The notes beneath the pieces were generated by a model. That model saw only the letters and a program-made list of their open reading frames with translations, was not told the origin of the DNA and did no database searches. Shown here piece by piece: positions 43,871-53,768 of a DNA stretch of 64,000 nt (within the stretch, counting starts at the first letter, position 1; every line of letters starts with the position of its first letter). The translations under genes were made by a program, and so were the position numbers. Location: assembly GCA_028284865.1 (NCBI GenBank), contig JANQQV010000012.1, positions 8,886 to 72,885 on the forward strand. The letters are read 5' to 3'. The stretch is from Rhodothermales bacterium (lineage in GTDB: Bacteria; Bacteroidota; Rhodothermia; Rhodothermales; UBA10348).

Positions 43871-45379
43871 CTACAGATTCATGGCGCGCTGGATGGCCGC
43901 TTCAGCGTCCACCAGATTGCCAATGCGTTCGCTGTCACGAACCGGGCGGCTCGTCTCATCCAGGATCTTCCAGACGTCGTCGTCGGAGATGTTCGGATTG
44001 AATGCGCGCATCATTCCAATGACGCCGGATACGACCGGCGTCGACATGGACGTACCGCTCATGGTAACGTACCCACCACCTGTCTTCAGGGAGAGGATAT
44101 CCACTCCCGGCGCCGTGATCGGGCGGGAAAGGGAGGTGTTGGTGTTCGAGAACCGAGCCTTGTTCAGGTCCTGATCGACGGCGGAGACAACAATCACCCC
44201 CTCGACATTCGAAGGCATGTGATCCTTTGCGTCTTCATTGGCATTTCCTGCCGACGCAACGACGATCACGTTGCGTTCCAGAGCGAACTCGATGGCGTCT
44301 CGAATGACTTTGGGCGTTTCTGCTTTGGCTCCAAGGCTCATGGAAATCACATCGGCCTCGTCCTGCGTGGCGTCGATGATGGCCTGGGAGATCATTTCAA
44401 TTGAACCGAATCCCTGATCGTTCAGTGCCTGGTAGCCTGCTACGTCCATGAACCGTCCTTCCCAATTCAAGGATGCGATTCCACGGCCATTGTTCGTGGC
44501 GGCTCCGGCGATTCCTGCACAGTGGCTTCCGTGCCCATGGACATCTTTCGTTGCAGGCGAATGCGCAAAATTCGGAGATACATCTTCATGGTTGGCATCT
44601 ACACCCGTATCCAGGATGGCAACCAGCGCCTTTTTGGCCGGCTGCACGTCCGCTACCATCTGGTGCACAGCATGACCATTGATGGCATCCAGGGCCCACT
44701 GTTGTGACGCCAGTGGATCGTTCACCAGCAGATCGTCCTGCTTCACCTTGTGCCGGAAGGGAGCGGTGGGGATGTCGAGATGCACATCAAAGTTCACTTC
44801 GAGGTGGTCGACATTTTCCACATCAGCCATAAGTGCTTCGGTAAGCGGACCGACGGCAGACTCAGAAAAGCGCAGCAGATAGACCTGGGCCAAATCGACA
44901 TCGTCGTTCAATGCGATGGACGGAAAGGCCTTCTCCCATGATGCTCCGTGATTCTCCAGAATCGGGATGATTTCATCGATCGTGTCGTCCGATCCCAATT
45001 CGACCAGCCACGTGGCCGTCCCGGCAATGACGGGAAGTTCAGGCTTGGAATCGGAAAGAACCGAGGCGCCTGTGAGTTTCTGGGTGGCCAACAAGGTCAC
45101 CGCAACAACCAGCGCAAACGCGCCGATCATGAACCATGGGCGTGCCTCACGATTGTGCCGACGCAGCAGGCCTGCCAGCAACATGGAGCCGATACCCACT
45201 TCTGCAGAAACGGCGGCAAGCGTTGGCCACAGCCCTGCAAAATTGGTAACGTGCATGAACGAGCCCACCATGACCAGGATGAATCCTGCCGTCATGAATA
45301 GAGCGCCCTTCGACTCGCGAGTGGCTCCGAGTCCAAGGAGGAGGAAGGCAGGAACCGTGATCAAACCGGTCAGCAGCAT
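43871..45379 (-). CDS. S8 (subtilisin-family) serine peptidase with N-terminal polytopic membrane region
   Basis: The catalytic triad motifs are ILDTGVD, HGHGSHCAGIA and SGTSMSTP. It has 3-4 N-terminal TM helices. The start was set at the ATG at 45379 to avoid a 56-nt overlap with the upstream gene. An alternative ATG is at 45460. Confidence 0.8.
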   Translation of the reverse strand: MLLTGLITVPAFLLLGLGATRESKGALFMTAGFILVMVGSFMHVTNFAGLWPTLAAVSAEVGIGSMLLAGLLRRHNREARPWFMIGAFALVVAVTLLATQKLTGASVLSDSKPELPVIAGTATWLVELGSDDTIDEIIPILENHGASWEKAFPSIALNDDVDLAQVYLLRFSESAVGPLTEALMADVENVDHLEVNFDVHLDIPTAPFRHKVKQDDLLVNDPLASQQWALDAINGHAVHQMVADVQPAKKALVAILDTGVDANHEDVSPNFAHSPATKDVHGHGSHCAGIAGAATNNGRGIASLNWEGRFMDVAGYQALNDQGFGSIEMISQAIIDATQDEADVISMSLGAKAETPKVIRDAIEFALERNVIVVASAGNANEDAKDHMPSNVEGVIVVSAVDQDLNKARFSNTNTSLSRPITAPGVDILSLKTGGGYVTMSGTSMSTPVVSGVIGMMRAFNPNISDDDVWKILDETSRPVRDSERIGNLVDAEAAIQRAMNL

Positions 45380-45404
45380 GGCCGTGTGCGATGATTGAAG
45401 AGAA

Positions 45405-45683
45405 TCAGTGGGCGACTTCGATGTGGTCGACTTCGACGTGTTCGCCCCATTGCAGGGCACTCAGCACCTGGACGGGCGAAATACGGGCGATGATGCGCTT
45501 TCCCTGCTTGCGAACGCTTTCGGGTAGCGGGTTGACTGGAACGAATCGTCTTCCGTCATTGGACAGAAGCCCCCAGAAACCTCCTTCGAGGTCGTTGTAA
45601 ACCACGGTACCTTCGATCGTCATGCCGTCTCTCGAGCAGTTGGTGATCTTCTCCGCTACGGGACGAACCGGGTGGTGTTTCAC
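45405..45683 (-). CDS. small conserved-looking hypothetical protein (EGGFWGL motif)
   Basis: It has a GTG start at 45683 or an ATG at 45623. GTVVYNDLEGGFWGLLSNDGRRFVPVNPLPESVRKQGKRIIARI looks like a compact beta domain. It is 25 nt upstream of the S8 peptidase on the same strand. Confidence 0.5.
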   Translation of the reverse strand: MKHHPVRPVAEKITNCSRDGMTIEGTVVYNDLEGGFWGLLSNDGRRFVPVNPLPESVRKQGKRIIARISPVQVLSALQWGEHVEVDHIEVAH

Positions 45684-45730
45684 CGGTTAACCGGGTCATT
45701 CCCATCGGGCTACCCGCCCCGTTTGCCTAC

Positions 45731-47620
45731 ATGAGCATCATCCCTGACACATCCATCGAGGAAGTCCGCGATCTCTCCGATATCGTGGATGTGGTGGGAG
45801 ACTATGTGCGCCTCAAAAAGAGGGGATCGAATTTCGTTGGGCTCTGTCCGTTCCACACGGAAAAGACACCTTCGTTCAACGTGAATCCCTCGCTGGGCAT
45901 CTTCAAGTGCTTTGGATGCGGGGAAGGGGGCGATGTATTCAGTTTTGTCAGCCGGGTGGAAGGCTTGAGCTTCCCCGAATCTGTCCGTTTGTTGGCGGAG
46001 CGGGTCGGCGTTGTGCTGCCGGAGGAGGACGGGCCGGGCGAAGAAGCTTCAGAAAACGAATCGATCTACCACGCCCTCCGTTTTACTGCCCGCTACTTTT
46101 TCAGCGCGCTCTCGGGCGACGATGCGGAAGCGGCACGCGATATTTTGCGGGAACGCGCCATCACTCCTGAATCGGTCAAGACATTCGGCATCGGTTTCGC
46201 CCCCGACGGTTGGGAAGGGTTGCTGACGCAAGCACAAAAGGCCCCGATCGACCCGGACATTCTTGAAAAAGCCGGACTGATCATACCTCGGAAAGACGGC
46301 TCCGGACACTATGACCGGTATCGGTACCGATTGATCTTTCCCATTTTCTCGCACGTCGGAAAAGTGCTGGGATTCGGAGGGCGGATCATCCGTCCTGATG
46401 ATGAACCCAAGTACATCAACTCCCCTGAAACGCCCGTCTACAACAAGAGCCGGGTGCTCTACGGACTCTATCACGCAAAGAACGCCATCCGTAGTCAGGA
46501 GGAGGCCATTCTGGTAGAGGGGTATACCGATGTGATCTCCCTCTATCAGGCTGGCGTGAAGCATGTGGTAGCGTCATCCGGAACGGCGCTGACTCCTGAT
46601 CAAGTCAGTGCCCTGGCTCGGTATGCGAAGACCATCGTGTTGCTTTATGATGCGGACAAAGCGGGTCTGCGTGCTGCGCTGAGGGGAATCGACCTGATCC
46701 TCAAGAGCGGCCTGATTCCGTACGCCGTGCGGCTGCCTGATGGGGAAGACCCAGACTCGTATGTACGGACCCATGGCGGCCCGGCATTCGAGGCGTATCT
46801 GAAGGACCATCGGCAACACTTCGTGGATTTCGTGCACGAGAACGCCCGTGCAGCGGGCAGCATGGACACGCCCGAAGGCCGGGCCGCCGTCCAGCGGACC
46901 ATCGTGCAGTCGATCGCCCTGATACCGGACGACCTGGTAAGGGAATCCTATCTCCGGACCGCGTCAGGCGTATTGGATATTCCTGACGTTCAGCTTCGTC
47001 CGGTGCTTGAAGCAGCGCGGCGCGGCGAACGCCGCGCCGCCATCCGGCAAGAGCGTCGGAGAATGCGAACAACGCTTTCCGGGAGCGAAGAACCCGCGCT
47101 GAAACCGAGGCGGGGACCCGACAAGGCAGCATTGCCAGCCGAAAAACGTCTCCTGCGCATCATGCTGGAAGGCGGATTGGACATGGTGGAGTGGATCATG
47201 GGCAATATGCCACTCTCGGACTTTACCGAAGGGCCGTCCCGAAGGATGGCTGAAATGCTGGTCGAGCAATATCAGAATGAAGCGTTCGATCGCAACGTCT
47301 TCCTGTCCCATTCGGTTGACGCCACCATTCGTTCGCTCACAGCGGAGATCATGACGGTCGAGTTGGAGCCTTCCGAGAATTGGACACGTCGAAAGAACAT
47401 CCGGGTGCCCGGTTTGGACGAGAATGCGACCGAGGCGGCAGCCAGTGCCATGGTCCTGCTGAAACTCCATCGTCTTCGGGAGCAGGAAACGCATTTGCGT
47501 CAGGCCATATTCCAGGCGGAGAGCGGTGGCGAAGAAACCCGCGAGCTGAACCGGCAACTGGTCGAACTGAAGCGATTCGAGAAGGCCGTAAAGGAGCGAA
47601 AGTTCATTGACGCCGTATAA
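45731..47620 (+). CDS. dnaG: DNA primase DnaG
   Basis: It has a CHC2 zinc finger (CPFHTEKTPSFNVNPSLGIFKCFGCGEGG) and TOPRIM motifs (EGYTDV, LLYDADKAG). Confidence 0.95.
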   Translation: MSIIPDTSIEEVRDLSDIVDVVGDYVRLKKRGSNFVGLCPFHTEKTPSFNVNPSLGIFKCFGCGEGGDVFSFVSRVEGLSFPESVRLLAERVGVVLPEEDGPGEEASENESIYHALRFTARYFFSALSGDDAEAARDILRERAITPESVKTFGIGFAPDGWEGLLTQAQKAPIDPDILEKAGLIIPRKDGSGHYDRYRYRLIFPIFSHVGKVLGFGGRIIRPDDEPKYINSPETPVYNKSRVLYGLYHAKNAIRSQEEAILVEGYTDVISLYQAGVKHVVASSGTALTPDQVSALARYAKTIVLLYDADKAGLRAALRGIDLILKSGLIPYAVRLPDGEDPDSYVRTHGGPAFEAYLKDHRQHFVDFVHENARAAGSMDTPEGRAAVQRTIVQSIALIPDDLVRESYLRTASGVLDIPDVQLRPVLEAARRGERRAAIRQERRRMRTTLSGSEEPALKPRRGPDKAALPAEKRLLRIMLEGGLDMVEWIMGNMPLSDFTEGPSRRMAEMLVEQYQNEAFDRNVFLSHSVDATIRSLTAEIMTVELEPSENWTRRKNIRVPGLDENATEAAASAMVLLKLHRLREQETHLRQAIFQAESGGEETRELNRQLVELKRFEKAVKERKFIDAV

Positions 47621-47646
47621 CGGGTCTCACCGACCGGGAATCGCGT

Positions 47647-49908
47647 ATGTCTTCTTCCAGATCTTCCAAAGATCCCGTTGTGCCTTCTGCTCAGGGCGAT
47701 GGGTCCGAACTCGATGCCAATCCAGCCGCCGCGCCAGTCTCATTGACGCCGGATTATCAGTTGCTGGATGTCTTGCCGCGAGCAACGCAACCACACTCCA
47801 TCACCCCAACCACCGAATTGGGAAGCCACCGGCTTCTGTTCAATCGGGAGTTGAGCTGGCTCGATTTCAACTGGCGTGTATTGCACCAGGCCCGGGACGA
47901 ACGGGTGCCACTCCTAGAACGTGTCCGATTTGTTTCGATTGTGGCTTCCAATCTGGACGAGTTCTTCCGCAAGCGCATGGGTGGGTTGAAGCGCCAGCTG
48001 GCAGCCGGCGTTCAGCGCCGTTCGCCCGATGGTCGCACTCCAGGTGAGCAGTTGAGGATGGCTCGAGAGGCCGTGCTCGAAATGAATCGTGCCCTGTCGG
48101 AGGTTTGGGAATCGGACCTGAAACCAAAGCTGGCTGATGTTGCCGGCGTTCGCATCCTGAATCATGAGGACTGCACCGCAGCACAACAAACTTGGCTCCG
48201 CGAGCATTTCCTCACCAACATTTTTCCTGTCCTGACGCCGCTGGCTGTGGATCCTGGACACCCGTTTCCCTTCATTTCGAATCTCAGCCTTTCGCTGGCT
48301 GTCACGCTCAAGCATCCAGGGCGCAAAACCGAGCATTTTGCCCGCATCAAAGTGCCCACGGCACAGGGACGCTGGATTGGCCTCCCTGATGGTTCTGGTT
48401 GGATTCCGGTTGAGCAAGTCATCGCAGAAAATGCTTCGGAGCTGTTCCGGGGCATGAAAGTCGTTGGAGTGCATGCATTCCGGATCACCCGCAACGCTGA
48501 TCTGAAACGCGACGAGGAAATTGCCGATGACCTGATCGAGATGATCTCGGATGAGCTGCAGGAACGCCGATTTGCTCCCATCGTGCGTCTCGAAGTGCAG
48601 CCCGGCACGCCGAAAGATGTCCGTGATCTTCTGGCTCGGGAGCTTAGTCTCCGTTCAGATGACGTCTACGAAATGGACGGAGACCTCGATCTGGTTTCAG
48701 TCACTCAGATCGCAGACATGGATATCCCGCATCTCAAGCATGAGCCTTGGGATCCGGTGACGCCTCGCCGATTGTTGCACGAGGGTGAGGTAAAGGATCG
48801 CCTGAACATGTTCGAGATCCTGCGTCGTGGTGACGTCATGGTCCATCACCCGTATGAATCCTTTGCAACGACGGTTCTGCGTTTCATCGAGGAGGCTGCG
48901 GCCGATCCCGACGTTCTGGCCATCAAGCAGACGCTGTACCGCACGTCGGACGAGTCACCCGTGGTCAAGGCCTTGCTTAAGGCAGCTGATGCCGGGAAAC
49001 AGGTCGCTGTACTGGTCGAGGTGAAGGCCCGATTTGACGAACAGAACAACATCGAGTGGGGTCAGAAGCTGGAGCAGCATGGCGTCCATGTGACCTATGG
49101 TCTGGTTGGACTGAAGACGCACTGCAAGACCACGCTCGTGGTTCGTCGGGAAGCCAACGGACTCAGGACCTATTGCCACATCGGGACCGGCAACTATCAC
49201 CCTTCAACGGCCAAGCTTTACACGGATTTGGGAATCCTGACCCGATCGCGCCAAACCGGGGAAGATCTGGTCAACCTGTTTCACTACCTCACTGGATATG
49301 CCCCTGAGCAGCACTATAAAAAGCTGATCGTCGCCCCTCGAGACATGCGCGGCCATTTCGTGGAATGCATCCGGGAGGAGGTAGCCAATCAGAAGGCCCA
49401 TGGCAATGGACGGATCCTGGCCAAGATGAACGCCCTCGATGACCTGATCATCATCGATGAGCTCTACAAGGCTTCTCAGGCCGGCGTTCAGATCGATCTC
49501 ATCGTCCGCGGTCACTGTCGCCTGCGTCCTGGTATTCCTGGGTTCTCGGACAACATCCGGGTTATCAGCATCATAGGACGATTCCTCGAGCACAGCCGCA
49601 TTTACAGCTTTGGCAACAACGGCAACCCCCGGTATTTCATCGGGAGTGCTGATTGGCAACGACGCAATCTGGACGATCGTGTCGAGGTCATCCTGGAAAT
49701 CAGGAAGAAAGCACTTCGAGCCCGCCTGCAGCGCATTCTCGACTTCAGTCTGGAAGACAAAGCCTCTGCCTGGGAGTTGGACTCCGAGGGCATCTACCGT
49801 CTGCGCACGCAGCCCGATCAGGAAAATCGCATCTACGGCACGCACCAGCTGTTCATAGATCGGGCGCGGCAACGGAAAGTCGTTTCGGATCCGCCATGGG
49901 ACATGTAG
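47647..49908 (+). CDS. ppk1: polyphosphate kinase 1
   Basis: FNRELSWLDFNWRVLHQA, NLDEFF and HCKTTLVVRRE (phospho-His region) are present, plus two PLD-like C-terminal domains. Confidence 0.95.
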   Translation: MSSSRSSKDPVVPSAQGDGSELDANPAAAPVSLTPDYQLLDVLPRATQPHSITPTTELGSHRLLFNRELSWLDFNWRVLHQARDERVPLLERVRFVSIVASNLDEFFRKRMGGLKRQLAAGVQRRSPDGRTPGEQLRMAREAVLEMNRALSEVWESDLKPKLADVAGVRILNHEDCTAAQQTWLREHFLTNIFPVLTPLAVDPGHPFPFISNLSLSLAVTLKHPGRKTEHFARIKVPTAQGRWIGLPDGSGWIPVEQVIAENASELFRGMKVVGVHAFRITRNADLKRDEEIADDLIEMISDELQERRFAPIVRLEVQPGTPKDVRDLLARELSLRSDDVYEMDGDLDLVSVTQIADMDIPHLKHEPWDPVTPRRLLHEGEVKDRLNMFEILRRGDVMVHHPYESFATTVLRFIEEAAADPDVLAIKQTLYRTSDESPVVKALLKAADAGKQVAVLVEVKARFDEQNNIEWGQKLEQHGVHVTYGLVGLKTHCKTTLVVRREANGLRTYCHIGTGNYHPSTAKLYTDLGILTRSRQTGEDLVNLFHYLTGYAPEQHYKKLIVAPRDMRGHFVECIREEVANQKAHGNGRILAKMNALDDLIIIDELYKASQAGVQIDLIVRGHCRLRPGIPGFSDNIRVISIIGRFLEHSRIYSFGNNGNPRYFIGSADWQRRNLDDRVEVILEIRKKALRARLQRILDFSLEDKASAWELDSEGIYRLRTQPDQENRIYGTHQLFIDRARQRKVVSDPPWDM

Positions 49909-49909
49909 G

Positions 49910-50431
49910 ATGACCGAGAATTCAGCTCTCCAGTCACTGAAGGAACGCTTGTCAGGAATTGAGTACAGCGGTCCTGCAAGACTCTGTGCCGTCATACAGA
50001 AACCCGCTGTGGGCGTCCATGTCCGCGTGGAAGAGGCGGCGGTTGAGTCGGGAATCGGACTCAAGGGAGATCACCAAAAAAAGGACTGGTGGAAAGGGAA
50101 GCGCATCCCTGAGCGGGAAGTGACTGCCATTTCCCGGGAAGTGATCGAATCGTTGGGATCCCAGATAGATGTGCCCGGCGACAACTTGGTCTTTGAAGGA
50201 ATAGATCTGCGAACTCTGCGGCCCGGAAGCCTCGTCCGTATCGGCGAATCTGTCGTATTGAAGCGAGCAGAGAAGACCCACCGCCCGTGCGAATTGTTCG
50301 CCCGGAGGATTTCCGAAGAAGCGCGTCAAGCGGTGTTGGAGTTGGAGCTACGCGGAGCGTTGTTTTCGGTCCTCCACGGCGGGATGGTTCGCCAGGGGGA
50401 CGCAGTTACCGTTGAGCAAAACCAAAACTGA
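49910..50431 (+). CDS. MOSC domain-containing protein
   Basis: IGLKGDH, REVTAISRE, PGDNLVFEGIDL and the conserved Cys in HRPCELF are present. It starts 1 nt after the ppk1 stop. Confidence 0.7.
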   Translation: MTENSALQSLKERLSGIEYSGPARLCAVIQKPAVGVHVRVEEAAVESGIGLKGDHQKKDWWKGKRIPEREVTAISREVIESLGSQIDVPGDNLVFEGIDLRTLRPGSLVRIGESVVLKRAEKTHRPCELFARRISEEARQAVLELELRGALFSVLHGGMVRQGDAVTVEQNQN

Positions 50432-50449
50432 ACCGGTATCGTGAGGGCG

Positions 50450-50938
50450 ATGGCTCGATCTGAAAGAATGTTGGCGGCCGTGCTGGTCGGATTTGTTGTT
50501 CTGGTGTCTGGATCCGTGTTCGCCGGATGTGCGACAGCACCCGCGCCAGACTCGGGCCAGGCGATCTACACGCGGTACTGCGCAACCTGCCACCAAGGCG
50601 ATGGGAATGGTATCGAAAATGCCTTCCCGCCGATCCGGGAAACAGAATGGGCGAATGGCGACAAAGGTCGGTTGATTCGCCTGGTTCTGTATGGAATGCA
50701 GGGGCCCATCGAAGTGAAAGGGAAGACCTACAACAATGCGATGACCCCGCACGGATTCCTGAGCGATGAACAGGTGGCTGCCGTGTTGACATTCGTGCGA
50801 TCGTCATTCGGCAATGATGCGGATGCAGTCATGCCCGATGAAGTCGCTCGCGTTCGCGCCCAGGAGGGGGAGCGAGGGCTGTTCCTTTCGCAAGAGTTGA
50901 TGACCCGGACCGGTATTCCTGAGGCGGACAGCCCTTGA
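50450..50938 (+). CDS. c-type cytochrome (class I, probable lipoprotein)
   Basis: It has the heme motif CATCHQ, a distal Met region (NNAMTPHG) and the lipobox-like VFAGC. The ORF begins at a GTG at 50441, and the ATG is at 50450. Confidence 0.8.
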   Translation: MARSERMLAAVLVGFVVLVSGSVFAGCATAPAPDSGQAIYTRYCATCHQGDGNGIENAFPPIRETEWANGDKGRLIRLVLYGMQGPIEVKGKTYNNAMTPHGFLSDEQVAAVLTFVRSSFGNDADAVMPDEVARVRAQEGERGLFLSQELMTRTGIPEADSP

Positions 50939-50963
50939 TCGCGTCGGGTCAGTCGTAGAGTTT

Positions 50964-52220
50964 TCAGCGCTGAATGACTGCGCCCTGATCCAGCAAGGCT
51001 TCGATCTCGACGTCTGGCTTATTCAAAACCTCGCTCAGTACGTGCTTTGAATGAGCTGCGTAAGAGGGAGGCTGAAGGAGCGACTCCATGTTTTCTGGTG
51101 ACGAGGGCGGCCAGATAGCCGTTTCCCGGACACCACGCGAGGCACCATTCAGCCCTTTGAGCTGGATATAGTCGGGAGCCTCAGCGAAAACCTCGTCCAT
51201 TTTCCGGACTGCTCCGGCAGGTATGCCTGCCGCTTCACATCGTCCCAGCAACTCATCGCGATCCAGCTCTTTGATGGCCTTCTGCAGGATGGCTTTCAAG
51301 TCTTCCCGATGGGTGATGCGATCCTGATTCACCGTAAAACGGGGATCGGAGGCCATGCCCTCCAAGCCCAGGATATCGCACAGCTTCTGGAACTGTCGGT
51401 CCGTTCCGACGGCAAGAACGAGCGACTGACCGTCGGCTGACTGATACACAGAACCGTACGGAGCGATGTTTGGGTGTCCAGACCCCATGGGTTGGGGTAT
51501 CTGACCAGCGACAAGCCAACTGGTCGCATAGTTGGTCAGTGCGCTGACGGCGGCGTCATACAAGCTGACCGTCACGTGGCTGCCTTCCCCGGTGGTTGAC
51601 TTGCGCAAGAGTGCCATCAGCATGGCTTGCTTCAGCTGGTGACCAGCCAGAATGTCCATGAGGGGAACGGACATTTTTACGGGACGCCAATCTCTGGACT
51701 GGGGGTTCCCGTTGATGTAGTAGTACCCAGCTTCCGCCTGGATGATGGCGTCATAGCCCGGACGATCCGAATCCGGTCTGTATCCAATTATGTCTCCCAG
51801 GATGATGTCAGGCTTGATCGCCTTCAGCGTGTCATAGTCCGCACGCAATTTGCGGGCAGCACGCGGGATGTAATTACTGATGACGACATCCGAGGCCGCC
51901 ACCAGCTCATGCATCACCTCGATACCTTCCTCTGACTTCAGGTTGATAGCGATGGACTCCTTACCCCAGTTGCAGGAGTAGAAGTAGGAGGTTCGGTCCG
52001 AGTTCTCCTCCCCAGGCATGCGCCACGTACGCGTGACGTCGCCGCGGGTGGACGGGTTTTCGACCTTGATCACCCGTGCTCCCAATTCGGCAAAAAACTG
52101 ACCCACACTGGGCCCAGCCAATACGCTGGCCAATTCCAGGACGGTCAGGCCTTCGCACAATGAATGGGTCCAGGGAGCGTGGGTCGAGGGAGCGGTGGAT
52201 CCGGTTTCAGGGTGATTCAT
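50964..52220 (-). CDS. CaiB/BaiF family (class III) CoA-transferase
   Basis: LTVLELASVLAGPSVGQFFAELGARVIKVE matches this family. Its start overlaps the fumC stop as ATGA. Confidence 0.8.
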   Translation of the reverse strand: MNHPETGSTAPSTHAPWTHSLCEGLTVLELASVLAGPSVGQFFAELGARVIKVENPSTRGDVTRTWRMPGEENSDRTSYFYSCNWGKESIAINLKSEEGIEVMHELVAASDVVISNYIPRAARKLRADYDTLKAIKPDIILGDIIGYRPDSDRPGYDAIIQAEAGYYYINGNPQSRDWRPVKMSVPLMDILAGHQLKQAMLMALLRKSTTGEGSHVTVSLYDAAVSALTNYATSWLVAGQIPQPMGSGHPNIAPYGSVYQSADGQSLVLAVGTDRQFQKLCDILGLEGMASDPRFTVNQDRITHREDLKAILQKAIKELDRDELLGRCEAAGIPAGAVRKMDEVFAEAPDYIQLKGLNGASRGVRETAIWPPSSPENMESLLQPPSYAAHSKHVLSEVLNKPDVEIEALLDQGAVIQR

Positions 52221-53617
52221 TCGCCAGGGATCCCTGGTTCCGTCATGTGGCGGACGTCCAGGACTTCGTTCAGGGTAGATTCGTCCATCAGTCCCATTTC
52301 AAGGACGACGTTGCGCACGGACTTCTTCTCGGCAGCCGATTTCTTGGCGACCTTCGAAGCCATGTCGTACCCGATGGCACGGTTCAGTGCAGTCGCAATC
52401 GACGGATTCAGTTCGAGAAGCTCCTGACACCGCTCGCGATCGGCCTTGATACCGACGAGACAGCCATTGCGGAAGGCATCCATCGCTCCAGCCAGGATTC
52501 CGATCGATTCGAGCATGGCGTGCGCCATGACAGGCATCATGACGTTGAGCTCAAAGTTGCCGTGTTGTCCGCCAACGGTGATGGTCGTGTGATTGCCCAT
52601 CACACGCGCGCAGACCATCATCATGGCCTCTGAAAGCACGGGATTGACCTTGCCGGGCATGATGGAAGAACCAGGCTGGATGGCAGGAAGCTGGATTTCG
52701 GCCAGTCCGGAGGTTGGTCCCGATGACAGGTGCCGGACATCGTTGGCGATCTTCAGCAAAGCAACAGCCAGCGTGTTGAGCGATCCGGATGCCTGGACAA
52801 ATGCATCCTTGGCAGCTTGAGCAGCAAAGTGGTTGTCGGTCTCTCGGAATGCCAGGCCAGTCGTTTCGCTGATGTAGGCGATAGCGCCTGTCGCAAATCC
52901 ATCCGGGCAGTTGATTCCAGTACCCGTGGCCGTTCCTCCGAGGGCCAATTCCCTGAGTTCCTCCATGCTTCCCTTCACGCGGGCAATGGACTGGCTGATT
53001 TGAGCCGCATAGCCGCCAAACTCTTGGCCCAGGCGGACCGGCGTGGCATCCATGAGGTGCGTACGCCCGGATTTGACGACGTCGTCAAGCTCCGATGCTT
53101 TCTCCAGCAGCGCGTCGCGGAAAGCCTCCAGCGACGGAAGCAGGTCCTCCTGCAGAGCCACAACTGCCGAAACATGCATGGCCGTCGGGATGACATCGTT
53201 CGACGACTGCGACATGTTGACATGATCGTTCGGATGAACCGTCTTATCGCCTTTGGCACCACCTGCAGCAACCGTGGCCAGGTTCGAAATCACCTCGTTC
53301 GTATTCATGTTCGACGAGGTGCCAGAGCCTGTCTGGAAGATGTCGAGAACGAATTGATCGTCCACTTCGCCTGAGCGCACGCGCTCAGCGGCAGCAACGA
53401 TCAGATCCGCCTTCTCTGCATCCAGGATGCCCAGATCGCGATTCGACTTGGCCGCCGACATCTTGATGGTGCCCAGCGCCTGAATGAAGCGGCGGGAAAA
53501 CCGGATGCCAGAGATGGGGAAGTTGTCGAGGGCCCGCTGGGTCTGTGCGGCATACCAAGCGTCTGCGGGGACGCGAACTTCGCCCAGGGAGTCGTTTTCA
53601 ATACGATAGTCGCTCAT
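52217..53617 (-). CDS. fumC: class II fumarate hydratase
   Basis: It has the GSSIMPGKVNP signature, and the N-terminus is MSDYRIENDSLGEVRVPADAWYAAQTQRAL. Confidence 0.95.
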   Translation of the reverse strand: MSDYRIENDSLGEVRVPADAWYAAQTQRALDNFPISGIRFSRRFIQALGTIKMSAAKSNRDLGILDAEKADLIVAAAERVRSGEVDDQFVLDIFQTGSGTSSNMNTNEVISNLATVAAGGAKGDKTVHPNDHVNMSQSSNDVIPTAMHVSAVVALQEDLLPSLEAFRDALLEKASELDDVVKSGRTHLMDATPVRLGQEFGGYAAQISQSIARVKGSMEELRELALGGTATGTGINCPDGFATGAIAYISETTGLAFRETDNHFAAQAAKDAFVQASGSLNTLAVALLKIANDVRHLSSGPTSGLAEIQLPAIQPGSSIMPGKVNPVLSEAMMMVCARVMGNHTTITVGGQHGNFELNVMMPVMAHAMLESIGILAGAMDAFRNGCLVGIKADRERCQELLELNPSIATALNRAIGYDMASKVAKKSAAEKKSVRNVVLEMGLMDESTLNEVLDVRHMTEPGIPGE

Positions 53618-53768
53618 GGATCCGATGCGATTGAAGGGCAGAAAAATCAGAAAAGAGATTGAATCCGAAATATATCCGGGCCGCTTCAGTCGGGCTGTTG
53701 AGCTTTGCTGAAATCGCTGCGACAGCGCGTCCTATCTTTCTTCGGTCTAGAACCGAACCCCCTCCCGA

